Part shown: piece by piece, positions 45,920-58,000 of the stretch
Layout of the letters: every line of letters starts with the position of its first letter
Numbering within the stretch: position 1 is the first letter of the stretch
Origin: Bacilli bacterium
Lineage (GTDB): Bacteria; Bacillota_I; Bacilli_A; ML615J-28; CAG-698
Assembly (NCBI GenBank): GCA_045598145.1
Contig: JAZLLM010000085.1
Span: 7,303 to 71,302, forward strand
Reading direction: 5' to 3'
DNA length: 64,000 nt
Notes under the pieces: generated by a model
Databases searched by the model: none
Told to the model about the DNA's origin: nothing
Seen by the model: only the letters and a program-made list of their open reading frames with translations
Program-made: the position numbers and the translations under genes

Positions 45920-46534
45920 TTGTCTATGCTAACGCAACTCGCAACACATCCTGACCTCAAGTACAGCACAGACAAGGTTAATTGGACTCAATGGCAGTTT
46001 ACCGCAGATGAAGAAGACTCTATGGCTGACATCATCACGCTTGACGAAGGTGAGAAGGTGTACCTCAAGGGCATAAATCCTAACGGATTTGCAAAACTTG
46101 AAGAAGATGGTGTATCTGTATTTGTGATGACTGGAATTATTGCGGCGAGCGGTGATATCGGAACCATTACAGACGAGATTGGCGGCGCAGACTGTGTTTT
46201 GGCTGATGGTTGTTATACTGCAATATTTAGCGAAAACACCTCTTTAACTGTCGCACCGTCACTGCCTGCAACTACACTTGCTGAAGGTTGCTACATTGGA
46301 ATGTTTAGCGATTGTACATCACTAACCGCAGCGCCAGCATTGCCAGCAACTACATTGGCGGACAGCTGCTACGAGGAAATGTTCAATAATTGTACCTTCC
46401 AGATGAGTGACGATGGTACGACATTCAACTTTGACTTTGGTGCAACATTACCGCAAACGGTAGGTGAAGATACGTTTAACACTCACAAAGATGTGGCAAT
46501 TTGGATGGAAAATACAAATGGATTTAACGAATAA
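45920..46534 (+). CDS. hypothetical protein with internal SLT(V/A)AP.LPATTLA..CY repeats
   Basis: 204 aa; three near-identical ~19-aa repeats. Confidence 0.4.
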   Translation: MSMLTQLATHPDLKYSTDKVNWTQWQFTADEEDSMADIITLDEGEKVYLKGINPNGFAKLEEDGVSVFVMTGIIAASGDIGTITDEIGGADCVLADGCYTAIFSENTSLTVAPSLPATTLAEGCYIGMFSDCTSLTAAPALPATTLADSCYEEMFNNCTFQMSDDGTTFNFDFGATLPQTVGEDTFNTHKDVAIWMENTNGFNE

Positions 46535-46545
46535 AAATCAATGAT

Positions 46546-46635
46546 ATGAAAGTAACAAAACCAACAAAGACGCAGATGAAGAAGGCTGCAGAGAAAGCCG
46601 CCAGACTACGCAAGGAAAGAAAAGGAAGAAACTAA
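46546..46635 (+). CDS. small basic ORF (29 aa)
   Basis: MKVTKPTKTQMKKAAEKAARLRKERKGRN; at end of the GC-richer block; speculative. Confidence 0.2.
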   Translation: MKVTKPTKTQMKKAAEKAARLRKERKGRN

Positions 46636-46726
46636 TCTTATAAATAAAAATAAATAAATTATAAAAAATATTTTTATTTAATCTAATTATTTTTTTAACA
46701 ATCTTGTATTTATACTATTTTATTAG

Positions 46727-46734
46727 TATATTTG
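46727..46734 (+). promoter_or_regulatory. Bacteroidetes-type -7 promoter element TATATTTG bracketed by a 10-bp inverted repeat
   Basis: TATATTTGCAAG, ~36 nt upstream of the ATG at 46771. AACAATCTTG (46697-46706) and CAAGATTGTT (46735-46744) flank it. Confidence 0.4.
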
Positions 46735-46770
46735 CAAGATTGTTATTTTTTTAATTAAAATAAAAAATTT

Positions 46771-47538
46771 ATGAGTACATTTCGTCAAATGGTTTATATG
46801 GTATTAGACCATAACAAATTAAGCGGAGATGATTCTTATGTTGAACCAGAACACGTTATTTATATACTTTCAAAAATAAGAGCTTATTTATTAACAACAA
46901 AGTATAAACAATTATCGTCTCAAGTTGCTAATTCAAATTTTCAAACTATATGTGTTCCATTAGAACGTATTGATGATAATATATCATCTTGTATAGACGG
47001 ACAAAATTTTTATATAGTACGTAGTACTAAAAAAATTCCAAATCTTTTAGAATTAGGGAGTAGTAATGTAACTATTATACAGCCTAATGGTACGTTTGGA
47101 ACCAATTTAAATTATAATTTTATTGGACGAAATAGATTCAATTCGATAGTTTTTAATAAATGGATGCGTAATCAAAATTATGTTACAATAGGTCCAGATA
47201 ATTATTTATATATTAAATCACCCGATGAAAATATTTTATTAATGGATAGTATCACATTAAATGGTGTATTTGAAGATATCGAATCTGCAAGTCAATTAGT
47301 ATGTCAAGAATGTACTGATGGAGAAATTATAGAAAATGATTGTGATATATTAGATAGTAATTTTCCTTTAGAGGAGGGATTAGTAACTTCTTTATTGCAA
47401 ACAGCTATTCAATTCTTTACCACAATGGCTGTTCGTTCTAAAGATAATACTAATAATGCAACTGATGATTTAAGCAATATAGAACGTTATTTGAACTCAA
47501 TCATTAAAGAACGTTATAGACAATATGGAGAAAATTAA
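46771..47538 (+). CDS. hypothetical virion protein
   Basis: 255-aa ORF. Confidence 0.45.
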   Translation: MSTFRQMVYMVLDHNKLSGDDSYVEPEHVIYILSKIRAYLLTTKYKQLSSQVANSNFQTICVPLERIDDNISSCIDGQNFYIVRSTKKIPNLLELGSSNVTIIQPNGTFGTNLNYNFIGRNRFNSIVFNKWMRNQNYVTIGPDNYLYIKSPDENILLMDSITLNGVFEDIESASQLVCQECTDGEIIENDCDILDSNFPLEEGLVTSLLQTAIQFFTTMAVRSKDNTNNATDDLSNIERYLNSIIKERYRQYGEN

Positions 47539-48049
47539 CGAACAAATAAATTTAATTAAAAAAGTTAAATGTCCACGTAAGCATAAAATATTTAATTCTT
47601 ATGGTTGTGAAGATTATTATTTAGATTATAAACGTAAAACTAAAAGTAATTTAACTCAAAAAGAATATTCTGCTATTGTAAGAGATATAATGTTATCTTT
47701 AATAAATAAATATTTCTTAAAAAGAATTAACATTATTTTTCCATATCGTATGGGATATTTGTCTTTTAAACAACGATCTGTTAAATTTAAACATAAGGAC
47801 AATAAAATAATACCGAGTTGTAATATCGATTGGGATAAAACTTTAAAACTATGGATTGAAGAACCTGAATTATATCAAAAAAGATATTTAGTATATAGAA
47901 CAAATAAAGAAAATTTATTTATCAATTATGATAAAAAAGAAAAATCTTTTAAAAATCAAAAATACTATTATTTACAACCAGCAAGAAAATTAAAGAAATT
48001 AATAACAAATAAAATTATTATTAACGATAATTATAATATAAATGGCTGA
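47525..48049 (+). CDS. hypothetical protein, very basic
   Basis: 174-aa ORF, K-rich. Confidence 0.4.
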   Translation: MEKINEQINLIKKVKCPRKHKIFNSYGCEDYYLDYKRKTKSNLTQKEYSAIVRDIMLSLINKYFLKRINIIFPYRMGYLSFKQRSVKFKHKDNKIIPSCNIDWDKTLKLWIEEPELYQKRYLVYRTNKENLFINYDKKEKSFKNQKYYYLQPARKLKKLITNKIIINDNYNING

Positions 48050-48866
48050 ACAATATACTTCATTAAAAACTATTTACAGTAGATTGTTACGACATCCATT
48101 ATTGCAAGATTTAACAATGGATGCTGTTATAGATTATACAATTGATTTTATGAGAATAGTTGGTGTACCAAACTTTTTTATAAATAAAGTTGCAGATTTA
48201 TCTACTGATAATTATAAAATAAAATTACCTTGTGATTTTATTGATTTGGTACAAATGAAAGGACATCGTGGAATGTATAGAGCATCTACAGATACCTTTC
48301 ATTTACAACATAAACATCCTAATAATACAACTACAGTAACACATGAAACATTTATTCCAAATAAAGATTATTGTTTAGAATGTCCAAATTTAGAAACGTG
48401 TAAAAAATACCATTATACTGTAAATGGTGTAGAGTGTATTTCAATGATACATAACGTATCAAAACACCATCGTAAATCAAATACATTCATTATTCAAAAC
48501 AATTATATTTATTTATCAAATAAACACGATAACGTATCTATATCGTATTTAGCTATTTTAACTGATAATGAAGGTTACCCTATGATACCTGACAATAGTA
48601 ATTTTATTCGTGCTTTAATGGCATATATTAAAAAAGAAGAATTTACTATCAAATTTGATTTATCAGCAATTAATCCACAAATATTACAACAAGCACAACA
48701 AGATTATGCTTGGGCTGTTGGTAGTTGTGAAACAGATGCAAATAAAATGAATTTATCTAAAGCTGAATCATTTTTAAATTCTATTAAAACAATTATAAAT
48801 AAAAATAACGAATTTGTAGATGGTTTTGAATCTAATGGTGATAAAGTAATATTTAAAACACACTAA
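48042..48866 (+). CDS. hypothetical virion protein
   Basis: 274-aa ORF. Confidence 0.45.
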   Translation: MAEQYTSLKTIYSRLLRHPLLQDLTMDAVIDYTIDFMRIVGVPNFFINKVADLSTDNYKIKLPCDFIDLVQMKGHRGMYRASTDTFHLQHKHPNNTTTVTHETFIPNKDYCLECPNLETCKKYHYTVNGVECISMIHNVSKHHRKSNTFIIQNNYIYLSNKHDNVSISYLAILTDNEGYPMIPDNSNFIRALMAYIKKEEFTIKFDLSAINPQILQQAQQDYAWAVGSCETDANKMNLSKAESFLNSIKTIINKNNEFVDGFESNGDKVIFKTH

Positions 48867-48868
48867 TT

Positions 48869-51800
48869 ATGGCATTTAAAACAGATACTTATATTATAAA
48901 AGGTATGCGTCAAGATACTTCAGATGCTGTATATGATACTTCATTTGCATTTGAAAATAAAAATATACGTATTGATGCAAGAGAAAATAATACTTCTTTA
49001 AGTATTGTTCAAGAAATGGGCAATGAACAAATTCAAAAAATTAATTTATACAATGATATAAATTATACATCTTTGAATACAGAATTATCTTCATTGCCAT
49101 TTACTGTTATAGGTCATTGTGAAATTGATAAATATTGTGTATTATTTGGTAAATCGTTAGATAATGATATCATTGCGCGTTTGGAACTATTAAATGGTAT
49201 TTATCAATTAGTATATTTATATAACGGCAACTTATTAAATTTTGATACAGAGCATCCAATAGAATGTATTGCTAATATTGAAACCGAGCAAGTTAAAAAA
49301 GTATATTTTGTTGATGGTAAAAATAAACCCAGAGTAATTGATATTAATAAACAATACGATACTACAAATATTGGTAATATTAATTTAGGATTTCATTTGC
49401 AGTTAAATGAAAAGTTTACTGTTGAAAAAATATGGCAACATGGTAATTATCCAGGAGGTAAAGTTCAATTTGCTTTTAGTTACGTTAATGATCAGGCAAC
49501 AGAAACTAATTTGGTCGAAATATCACCAATGTTTGATTGTACTGCTACGCATAGTGGTTTGAGTAACACTACAGATAATTATTCTGAACATTCATTCGTT
49601 ATTAATATTGAAAATTTAGATACCCAATATAATTTTATTCGTGTATATTTATTTATGACTACCTCAGCTGGTACAACAGTAATTAAATACATAGAGCGTA
49701 ATATTGAAAATATTGAAACATTTACTGAACGTATAGATTATGACGAAATTGATTTAATTAACTATAGTGGAACTTATTCAGATTTAATCGGTAAAACATC
49801 TTGCATTATACCATATACAATTGCTTCTAAAGATAATTATTTATTTTATGGTAATATTAAAGACGGTTTTCCTGATTTAACGTTATTTAAATTTAACGAA
49901 AATGATTTTAATTGTAAATTTACTTTAAAATCTATAGGTAAAGAAACATTTAAAGATAATTTAGTATATCAGTACGATCCTAAAGATACAACGTATCAAG
50001 GTTCTAATTTTGAGTATAAAGGTTACCGTAAAGATAATTGGTATAGATTTGGAATTATCGCACAATATGAAACAGGTCAATGGTCCGATGTTTTATTTTT
50101 ATGCGATAAACAATGTGATAAAACCAGTAAAACATTAGTACATTATACTAACGATAATATACCATTATATACTGAATATTTTATTCCACGTTTTCAAATC
50201 GAATGGACTTCTTCTGGTAAAGAAAAAATTGAATATTTGTATAGTTTAGGTTTTCGTAAAATTAAACCTGTTTGTGTAGTACCTCCACAAAAATATCGAA
50301 ACGTTTTAAGTCAAGGTATTGTAGCACCAACTATGTACAAAGGTGAGAATCGTTTAAAAGAAAATTTAAATAATAAAACTTTTGTATTCCCTTCATATTT
50401 TTATAGACCGAAACCATTAACAAGTCCATATTCTAAAATAATTGATAAAACTACAAACAATGTAATTGTAAAACCAAATTACATATATACTATTCGTAAT
50501 GTCAGAGATTTAACTTTACGTAAAAATTATTCAGACGAAAATGGAAATGGATTTTTAACTAATCCTACTTTTACAAGACCAACAGATACTATTCGTTTTA
50601 ATGCTCCTTATAGAGAATACAGACACGGTTTTAGTTTACCACCTAAAGATACATTAAACGCAGAATTTGAATTTAGCGAGTTATCATTAAATGAATATTT
50701 TTTTATGAATGATGATAATTCAATTAATAAGTTATTTATTGACGGAAAAAATTCTACAAATATTTTAGCTGGAATGTATGGAAATAATAATATGAGTGAT
50801 CCTAAAGATACGAATTTTGATGAAACATTTCATTTAAAAATTTTAGATGCTGGTATATTTAATACTAATTTTCCAATATCAGAAGCAAAAGATTCAATGT
50901 TGCCTAAAACATTAACAACCAATTGTTATAGTGATACAATATTTATTGATGAAAGTGTTTGTACATTTAATTCTCCAGAAGTAGATTTAAACGATATGTT
51001 TATTTCTAATATAAAGTCACAATTAGACAATTGCGATATTAAAGTATGTGGTTATGCACAAATAACAAATAGTTATACAAGAATGAATGCAGCTTCCACA
51101 TACTTTCAAAAAGATTCAAGTATTTTCCAAGGAGGAAGTTCTGATATTGGAAGACACTTATTTAGTATTCCAGAAAGTGATAATAATGATATTAAAAAAA
51201 TATTAGAGTTTACAAGACGCATAAATACGCCAAATCAGCCACTATCTTATCACAGTGGACCATTTTATCTTAGTCCGATTAAAGTACTCGGATATCGTGG
51301 TTTAGACGGCAATTATGATGCAAAACCATATAATATTGATATTGCTGATGTAATATGGGAGGGACATAATGATTTTGAAGAATATATTTGTCCAACCTAT
51401 AGTGATTACGAATTAGAAAATAATGCTCGACATCTTTCAAAAACATATTTTAAAGATAAAGACGGATTGTCATTTGATATTAGTTGGCACGGTGAATTAA
51501 AACAACGTAAACAAAAATTAATTATTTCTAATGACACAGCTTTATTGTTATTTCAAGGAGGTGTATCAGATAGTAAATATTATATTTTATTTCCACATGA
51601 TTTTTATACACAAGATGCAGGTCGTTATACAGCATCTCTTGTGTCAAAACATATAAGAGGATTATACACAGGTTTAACGTTAAATACATTAAGTAAATTT
51701 AAACTTTGGGATAGACCAGAAAATGTTTGTAATCTTTCATTAAGACGTTATGATGAACCAACAGTAACATTATCTGTTGAAAACTTTGGTGATAATAGAC

Positions 51801-54800
51801 CTATATATCAAAACCCATACGATAAAGTTTATTACTTTAATGATTATAATGAAACTATACCATTTCACAGAACATTATATAACGAAGATGAATGGTACTG
51901 TTTAGGTTATTATTACTTCTATCCTTATTATTTAAAAAACTTTACTTATTATCGTAGAAACGAATTACCACCAATTTGTCCAATGATTTTACCGTTGGTT
52001 ACAAATTCAATTAAAGACAGCTACTATTTTAAAACAAGTAATTTTACTAATATAGATAAGTTAGTAGAAAGTCATTTTAATGACTGTATGGAAATAAACG
52101 AATACGGTTGTCATTACTATATGCCATTTTCAACAGTATTTCCTCATTCAGCTTTTGATCCGTTATATTTATGTGCTACGTATCCTTTTATGCACACAGA
52201 CGAATATGTAGGATTTAATGGCAATAGTTCAGCTTATAATGGGGAATATGTTCGTCCGTTATATAATACAACATCTTCAGTTTTATATTCCAACGTAACA
52301 AATTATTTTGAACCGATTGAATCTGAAACAATACAAGATTTTTATAACGCTGCTGAAGGAACCGATATTACTTTTGATAATATTGAATGGTTAAAACATA
52401 ATAATACTTATACTACATTACGTTATAGTTATGGTATTGAAAATAATAATATTGTTTGCAAATCAAACACGTTACCGTTAATTGCTGCTACTAAATGGTA
52501 TAGGGGTTTTACTACTTATAAAAATATTGAAGAAGAAAGCACTGTTATGTTAGGTAATCCATTGACATATGCAGAACTTTATGGCAATGTTATGTTTAGT
52601 GGCTTATTACCTCAATTATATACTAAATGCGGTTATTTACCACATTTATATTTTGATGGTACAAATGTAGGTACTGGTGAATATTATTGGAAACATATAC
52701 AAAATTATAATACAATCAAATTGAATTTTAGAAATAAAATATCAGCAAATAAAAGTTTAACATGTGAATTAAATAATACTATGTCTGCCCATATAATATT
52801 TACTAATAAAAATAAAGTACAGTTGTTACCGCAATTTAAATTTAACAACAATTTATTAGAAATAATCGATGATGATTTAGACCTAGATGATATTTTACAT
52901 AATGCGCAGCATAAATTATTCATAAATAATGAACTATCATTAAATGATATTGTTCAGTTCCAATCACATTACTATTATAAAGTATTTATACACTTATATG
53001 ATTTTTATTATCAAGATAATAATGCAAAATTATGCTTAAGACCGTTTGAAGAATACGACCAAGATTTAATTATTAATTTTGCAAATGCTCCTTATTTAAG
53101 TATTTATCCGCATACTGGTAAATGGAGAGAAATATCTGTTAAACCGCTAAATCGTTCAAGTTTTAAATTACCATTCTGGCGACATAATTATAGTATTAGT
53201 AATAACGAATTTAATAATTCTTGTTTTAATTATGATAGGGATTATAAAGAATATAGACATACACAAGTATTAGATAAAGATAAAGAATCATTATTAATTT
53301 ACGATCAAGAAGGTAAAGAACGTAATATTAAAAATTATTGGTTATTACAAATAGCAAATATTTATAATAATGATATAGAAGGTAATCCTTACATTACCGA
53401 CGAAGGATTGTCTGTTAATACTTGGAATTGGATGCCGTGTGGATATTCTGAAAATATTAACAATATATTATCTAACAACTTTACAAATAGTTTTCTTATA
53501 TTTGATGAAGGAGATACATATTTCCAAAAATATAACAGTATGAAAACTTTTGCACATCCTGGTCAAAATCGTAAGAATGACGTTAGTGAAGTTGCATCAG
53601 TAATGATAGAATCGTATATTAACCTTGATGGATATTATTTCGATTATGACGAATTAAAAAATATTGATAGTAGTCCGTTAACCTTCCCAGAAGAATCTAA
53701 ACAAAAAAGTATTAATCCTGTATATTCTTTATCGGATGATTATATGACTTTATATCATCAAATAGATACCAACTATCAATCAGCATATTTAAAAACGTTT
53801 CCTACACGTATTATGTGGTCATTACATAAAACAAATGGAGAAGCTATTGACAGTTGGGGAATTATACCTGAAATTAATACTTTTGATACTATAGGTGAAT
53901 GTGGAGCTATACATAAATTAGTATCATTTAACGATAACGTTTATTGTTTACAAGAGCATGGTTTGTCTTTATTAGATTTTAATAGTAAATCTTTAATTGA
54001 ATCTTCTACAGGTAATCCAATTTCAGTTTATTTCCAAGAAACATTAAGATTGCAACATAATACTTATTTTAGTAGAACTGTTGGTACTTTAAATAAATGG
54101 TCTGTAATTGTTGCGAAAAATGGTATTTATTGGATAGATGATACATTGAAATCATTTTATCGTTTTCCAGCAGATAATAATTCTATGACTCCATTAGATT
54201 TATCATTAAGTATGGGATTTAAATCTTGGAGCAATAATACGTTTGGCATCGATAATACTTCTTGGACTTCAAATATATTTATAAACTCTAATAATATCAA
54301 ATCTTTTAAAGCAAATTATGATTATAAGAATAATGATATTTATTGGGCAAATAAAGATATTTGTATTAATTTTAATGAATTATTCAATTCATTTGTATCA
54401 TTTTATAGTTATAATAATATACCTTATATCTTTAATTATAAAGACAACGTATATTCTTTATTATATAATGATGACCAAACCGATTTATATTTGCAATTTG
54501 CAAATTATAAACATAAACTATATAATAAACCTATTGAAAGTTATATTGAGTTGTTAGTTAATCCTGCACCCATATATGATAAAGTATTTAACTTTATTGA
54601 ATATGGTACAGAATGTTTCTATACTGAAGGTGAACAAAAAGATTTTATAATACCTTATAAAAACGCTTATAATAAATTATATGTTCGTAATTCATTTCAA
54701 GAAGGTTTATTATCATTTGATTATCATAATACTCGTGAAAAATTTAGAGTATGGCGTACCGAATTACCTCGTGAAAATGGAACAATAAATCGTATTAGAA

Positions 54801-54931
54801 GTCCTTGGTGTAAAATTAAATTATGGAAAACTGGCGAAGAAGATATTGAATATAGAGATCAATTACATTACATCTCAGTTAACTATACAATACCAGAACA
54901 ACCAATGAAAACTAATATAAGTAACAATTAA
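48869..54931 (+). CDS. giant virion protein (2020 aa), putative tail/ejection component
   Basis: Uninterrupted 6063-nt ORF in the standard code, N/Y-rich; followed by a terminator. Confidence 0.55.
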   Translation: MAFKTDTYIIKGMRQDTSDAVYDTSFAFENKNIRIDARENNTSLSIVQEMGNEQIQKINLYNDINYTSLNTELSSLPFTVIGHCEIDKYCVLFGKSLDNDIIARLELLNGIYQLVYLYNGNLLNFDTEHPIECIANIETEQVKKVYFVDGKNKPRVIDINKQYDTTNIGNINLGFHLQLNEKFTVEKIWQHGNYPGGKVQFAFSYVNDQATETNLVEISPMFDCTATHSGLSNTTDNYSEHSFVINIENLDTQYNFIRVYLFMTTSAGTTVIKYIERNIENIETFTERIDYDEIDLINYSGTYSDLIGKTSCIIPYTIASKDNYLFYGNIKDGFPDLTLFKFNENDFNCKFTLKSIGKETFKDNLVYQYDPKDTTYQGSNFEYKGYRKDNWYRFGIIAQYETGQWSDVLFLCDKQCDKTSKTLVHYTNDNIPLYTEYFIPRFQIEWTSSGKEKIEYLYSLGFRKIKPVCVVPPQKYRNVLSQGIVAPTMYKGENRLKENLNNKTFVFPSYFYRPKPLTSPYSKIIDKTTNNVIVKPNYIYTIRNVRDLTLRKNYSDENGNGFLTNPTFTRPTDTIRFNAPYREYRHGFSLPPKDTLNAEFEFSELSLNEYFFMNDDNSINKLFIDGKNSTNILAGMYGNNNMSDPKDTNFDETFHLKILDAGIFNTNFPISEAKDSMLPKTLTTNCYSDTIFIDESVCTFNSPEVDLNDMFISNIKSQLDNCDIKVCGYAQITNSYTRMNAASTYFQKDSSIFQGGSSDIGRHLFSIPESDNNDIKKILEFTRRINTPNQPLSYHSGPFYLSPIKVLGYRGLDGNYDAKPYNIDIADVIWEGHNDFEEYICPTYSDYELENNARHLSKTYFKDKDGLSFDISWHGELKQRKQKLIISNDTALLLFQGGVSDSKYYILFPHDFYTQDAGRYTASLVSKHIRGLYTGLTLNTLSKFKLWDRPENVCNLSLRRYDEPTVTLSVENFGDNRPIYQNPYDKVYYFNDYNETIPFHRTLYNEDEWYCLGYYYFYPYYLKNFTYYRRNELPPICPMILPLVTNSIKDSYYFKTSNFTNIDKLVESHFNDCMEINEYGCHYYMPFSTVFPHSAFDPLYLCATYPFMHTDEYVGFNGNSSAYNGEYVRPLYNTTSSVLYSNVTNYFEPIESETIQDFYNAAEGTDITFDNIEWLKHNNTYTTLRYSYGIENNNIVCKSNTLPLIAATKWYRGFTTYKNIEEESTVMLGNPLTYAELYGNVMFSGLLPQLYTKCGYLPHLYFDGTNVGTGEYYWKHIQNYNTIKLNFRNKISANKSLTCELNNTMSAHIIFTNKNKVQLLPQFKFNNNLLEIIDDDLDLDDILHNAQHKLFINNELSLNDIVQFQSHYYYKVFIHLYDFYYQDNNAKLCLRPFEEYDQDLIINFANAPYLSIYPHTGKWREISVKPLNRSSFKLPFWRHNYSISNNEFNNSCFNYDRDYKEYRHTQVLDKDKESLLIYDQEGKERNIKNYWLLQIANIYNNDIEGNPYITDEGLSVNTWNWMPCGYSENINNILSNNFTNSFLIFDEGDTYFQKYNSMKTFAHPGQNRKNDVSEVASVMIESYINLDGYYFDYDELKNIDSSPLTFPEESKQKSINPVYSLSDDYMTLYHQIDTNYQSAYLKTFPTRIMWSLHKTNGEAIDSWGIIPEINTFDTIGECGAIHKLVSFNDNVYCLQEHGLSLLDFNSKSLIESSTGNPISVYFQETLRLQHNTYFSRTVGTLNKWSVIVAKNGIYWIDDTLKSFYRFPADNNSMTPLDLSLSMGFKSWSNNTFGIDNTSWTSNIFINSNNIKSFKANYDYKNNDIYWANKDICINFNELFNSFVSFYSYNNIPYIFNYKDNVYSLLYNDDQTDLYLQFANYKHKLYNKPIESYIELLVNPAPIYDKVFNFIEYGTECFYTEGEQKDFIIPYKNAYNKLYVRNSFQEGLLSFDYHNTREKFRVWRTELPRENGTINRIRSPWCKIKLWKTGEEDIEYRDQLHYISVNYTIPEQPMKTNISNN

Positions 54932-54978
54932 AAATAAATTTATTTAAAATAAAAATTAAAATTAATTTTTATTAAAAA

Positions 54979-55010
54979 ACAGTATAGTCTATTGATTATA
55001 CTGTTTTTTT
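54979..55010 (+). terminator. rho-independent terminator (ACAGTATA...TATACTGT + TTTTTT)
   Basis: 8-11-bp stem with 10-nt loop followed by T6. Confidence 0.55.
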
Positions 55011-55014
55011 ATTG

Positions 55015-55022
55015 TATATTTG
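55015..55022 (+). promoter_or_regulatory. Bacteroidetes-type -7 promoter element TATATTTG
   Basis: TATATTTGCATAC, 32 nt upstream of the ATG at 55054. Confidence 0.4.
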
Positions 55023-55053
55023 CATACTATTCTAAAATTTAAATTATTGAATT

Positions 55054-58000
55054 ATGGTTTATCAAATACCTCCTTATTTATTAGGTTTAGATTATTACAA
55101 ATATTCAGAAGATAATAATAACATTTTAAATAATTCTTTTGACTTATCAAATATAAAATGGGATTGGTCAAATAATAATAATCAAGATTCGTATGAATAT
55201 GCAAATAGTAATTTAAATCCTAATTATAATACTTTTAGTAAATTTGAAACTTTACCTGACCAATCTAAAGTTTTAAGTACTAATCCAGATACTTACATGT
55301 TAGGAAATAAACAAATTACTCCTAAAAAATCTAATTTTAATGGTAGTAAAATAAGTGGAATTTCAAATTTAGTACAAACTGGTTTAGGTGACATATTTTC
55401 TGTTGTAGATAGTAGTAAAAGTAAATTAGATTATGGTACACATCGACCATTTCAATATACAAATAACTATAATGATTTAAGTCACGAAAGAGCTAATTAT
55501 TTAGATACAAGTAATTTACATGCTCCTACTGTAGGAGAAGCAGCTATTGATTTAAATATGCGTACAGCAAAAGGTGCAATGGCTGGTTTAAGTTTAGGAC
55601 CTTGGGGAGCATTAGCTGGAGCTATTGCTGGTAGTGTTATGAGTGGAATTAATATGGGTACAAAAGCTGCTACTTATAAAAAAGATATAGCAAAAGCTAA
55701 TAATTTAAATCAACAATTTTATAACAGTTATTTAAGAAATTTCAATAATAATTTTAATGATATAACTTTAGCAAATCAAGAGCGTATGAATAAATGGCGT
55801 AGTGGTAAAATTATGGCAGAAGGTGGTGAATTAAATACATATCCTTTATTAGATACAAATATTATAGGTAATGGTGGTTCACATGAACAAAATCCAAATA
55901 ATGGAGTTCAATATGGAGTTGATCAAAACGGTACACCTAATCTTGTACAAGAAGGTGAAGTTGTTTGGAATAATTTTGTATTTTCAAATGAAATTAAACC
56001 TGATGAAAATATACTTAAAAAATTTTCAATATATTTTCGTAAAAAATTTCTATCTTATGCAGATGTCGCAAAACATATAATAAATCTTCATAAAGATTAT
56101 CAATACGATGCTCCACATCAAAATTCTTATGAAGTTGAAATGGAACGACTTAAAAATTCTCAGGAATATCAAAAAATAAGTGAAGAAGCTGCTGAATTTG
56201 GTATGGAACCAGAAGAATATATACAATATCAACAAAATCAACAAAATCAACAAATGCAACAACAAATGGCAATGGAGCAACAAGCACAGTCTGATATTCA
56301 AATGCAACAACAATTACAAGATGTAAATACACAATTACCATCGTTTGAACAAAATCAAATTATGGCATTTGGTGGTAATTTATATAAAGACGGTGGTGAT
56401 TTTAACGCTTTAAATAGTCCACATGATCAAACTAAACTTGTTCGTCATTATTATAGAGATTCGCAAACTAAAAATGCTGCATATCAATTAGATCGTTTAG
56501 GTTATTATTTAGATATTTTAATGTATCGTCCATTAGAAAACGACGAACAAGAACGATTTAATTGGACATTACAACACGCTTTACCTTATTTACAAAACGA
56601 TCCAAAAGCACAAGTTTATTTAAAAGATCGTATGGGTTGGTCTAATGAAATACTAAATGGTATTTTATCTGATTATGAAATACCGTCTGCTCATGGTTTA
56701 CCAACAAATAACTTATCTGCACAAGAAAAACGTATTGAACGTGTAAATTATCACGGTAGCAAAAATACTCCGTCACGTAGAGCTAATTTTGAATTTGGAG
56801 AAATTCCTCGTCAACTATATTCAAATACTCCAGTACAAACTCAAACTGTAAGTAGTTTACAACCTAATACTACTTCAAATGGTGTAGCATATTATAATGT
56901 CAATAGAACTATAAATAATCCACAATATCAATATTGGGATCCAAAACAAAGATCTTTAATATCACAATCAACATATTCCAATTTAACTCCTGAAGAACAA
57001 GGTCGTATGTATAAAATTGGTATTAAAGGTGGTAAAGGTTATGACGGTAGAATTAATTATCCTGATAATCCAGAATATATAAATAAATACAATGCTTTAA
57101 CTGATGACGATTGGCAAAAAATTAAAGAAACGTTAGGTGATAATTATAAAAACTATACAGTCGATGCTTTAAAAAAAGGTGGTAATGATAATTTATTTGG
57201 TAATATTCATAAAGCTGCAATTAATTATATTTACGATAGAGATGCTAATATTCCAATTCCAGAAACTATTACAGAGGAACCGATAATTAATACTACTACT
57301 GAAGAACCAAAAGTTCAATTAAAATCTCTTGAATCAAATAATATTCAAGAAAGTAATCCTACGTCAAAATGGGAAGCTATTTTAGGAGCTAATAATCCAT
57401 TTAGATATGCTCCAGTTTTTGATAACATAAGAAGTGTAATTGAACAAAATAAACCAGATTATACATATTCTAATCAAATTGCTTCTTTATATCAACCTGC
57501 TACATATAATCCACAAGGTGAAAGAATGTATTATACTCCAGTAGATCAATATTACCTTGCAAATCAAGCACAACAAAGAGCTAATACATTTTTAGGTGGT
57601 GTTAAAAATAATGCAGCAACGAATAATGCAAATGCGTATATGCAATCAATGGCAAATCAACAATATCAAAATGAAATTGCCAATAATTACTTACAAGCAA
57701 TTAATAATAATAATCAGCAACGAAATACATCATTACAATATAATAATCAGTTAGATTTACAAAATGAACAGAATCGAATGGCTGTTGAACAATATAATTT
57801 ATCTAATCGTCAACAAATTATGGCTAATGCATATCAAGCTGCTGAAGAAGAACGTCTCGCAGTTGAAAATGCACGTGAAGCAAATAAACAAAATTTAGCA
57901 AACAATTTAGGCTTAATTGGAAAAGAACAGTCTGATTATTACAATGTAAATCATAATCCAGCTTTAATGTATGGTGCATTTGGTACTTTCTATAAAAATT

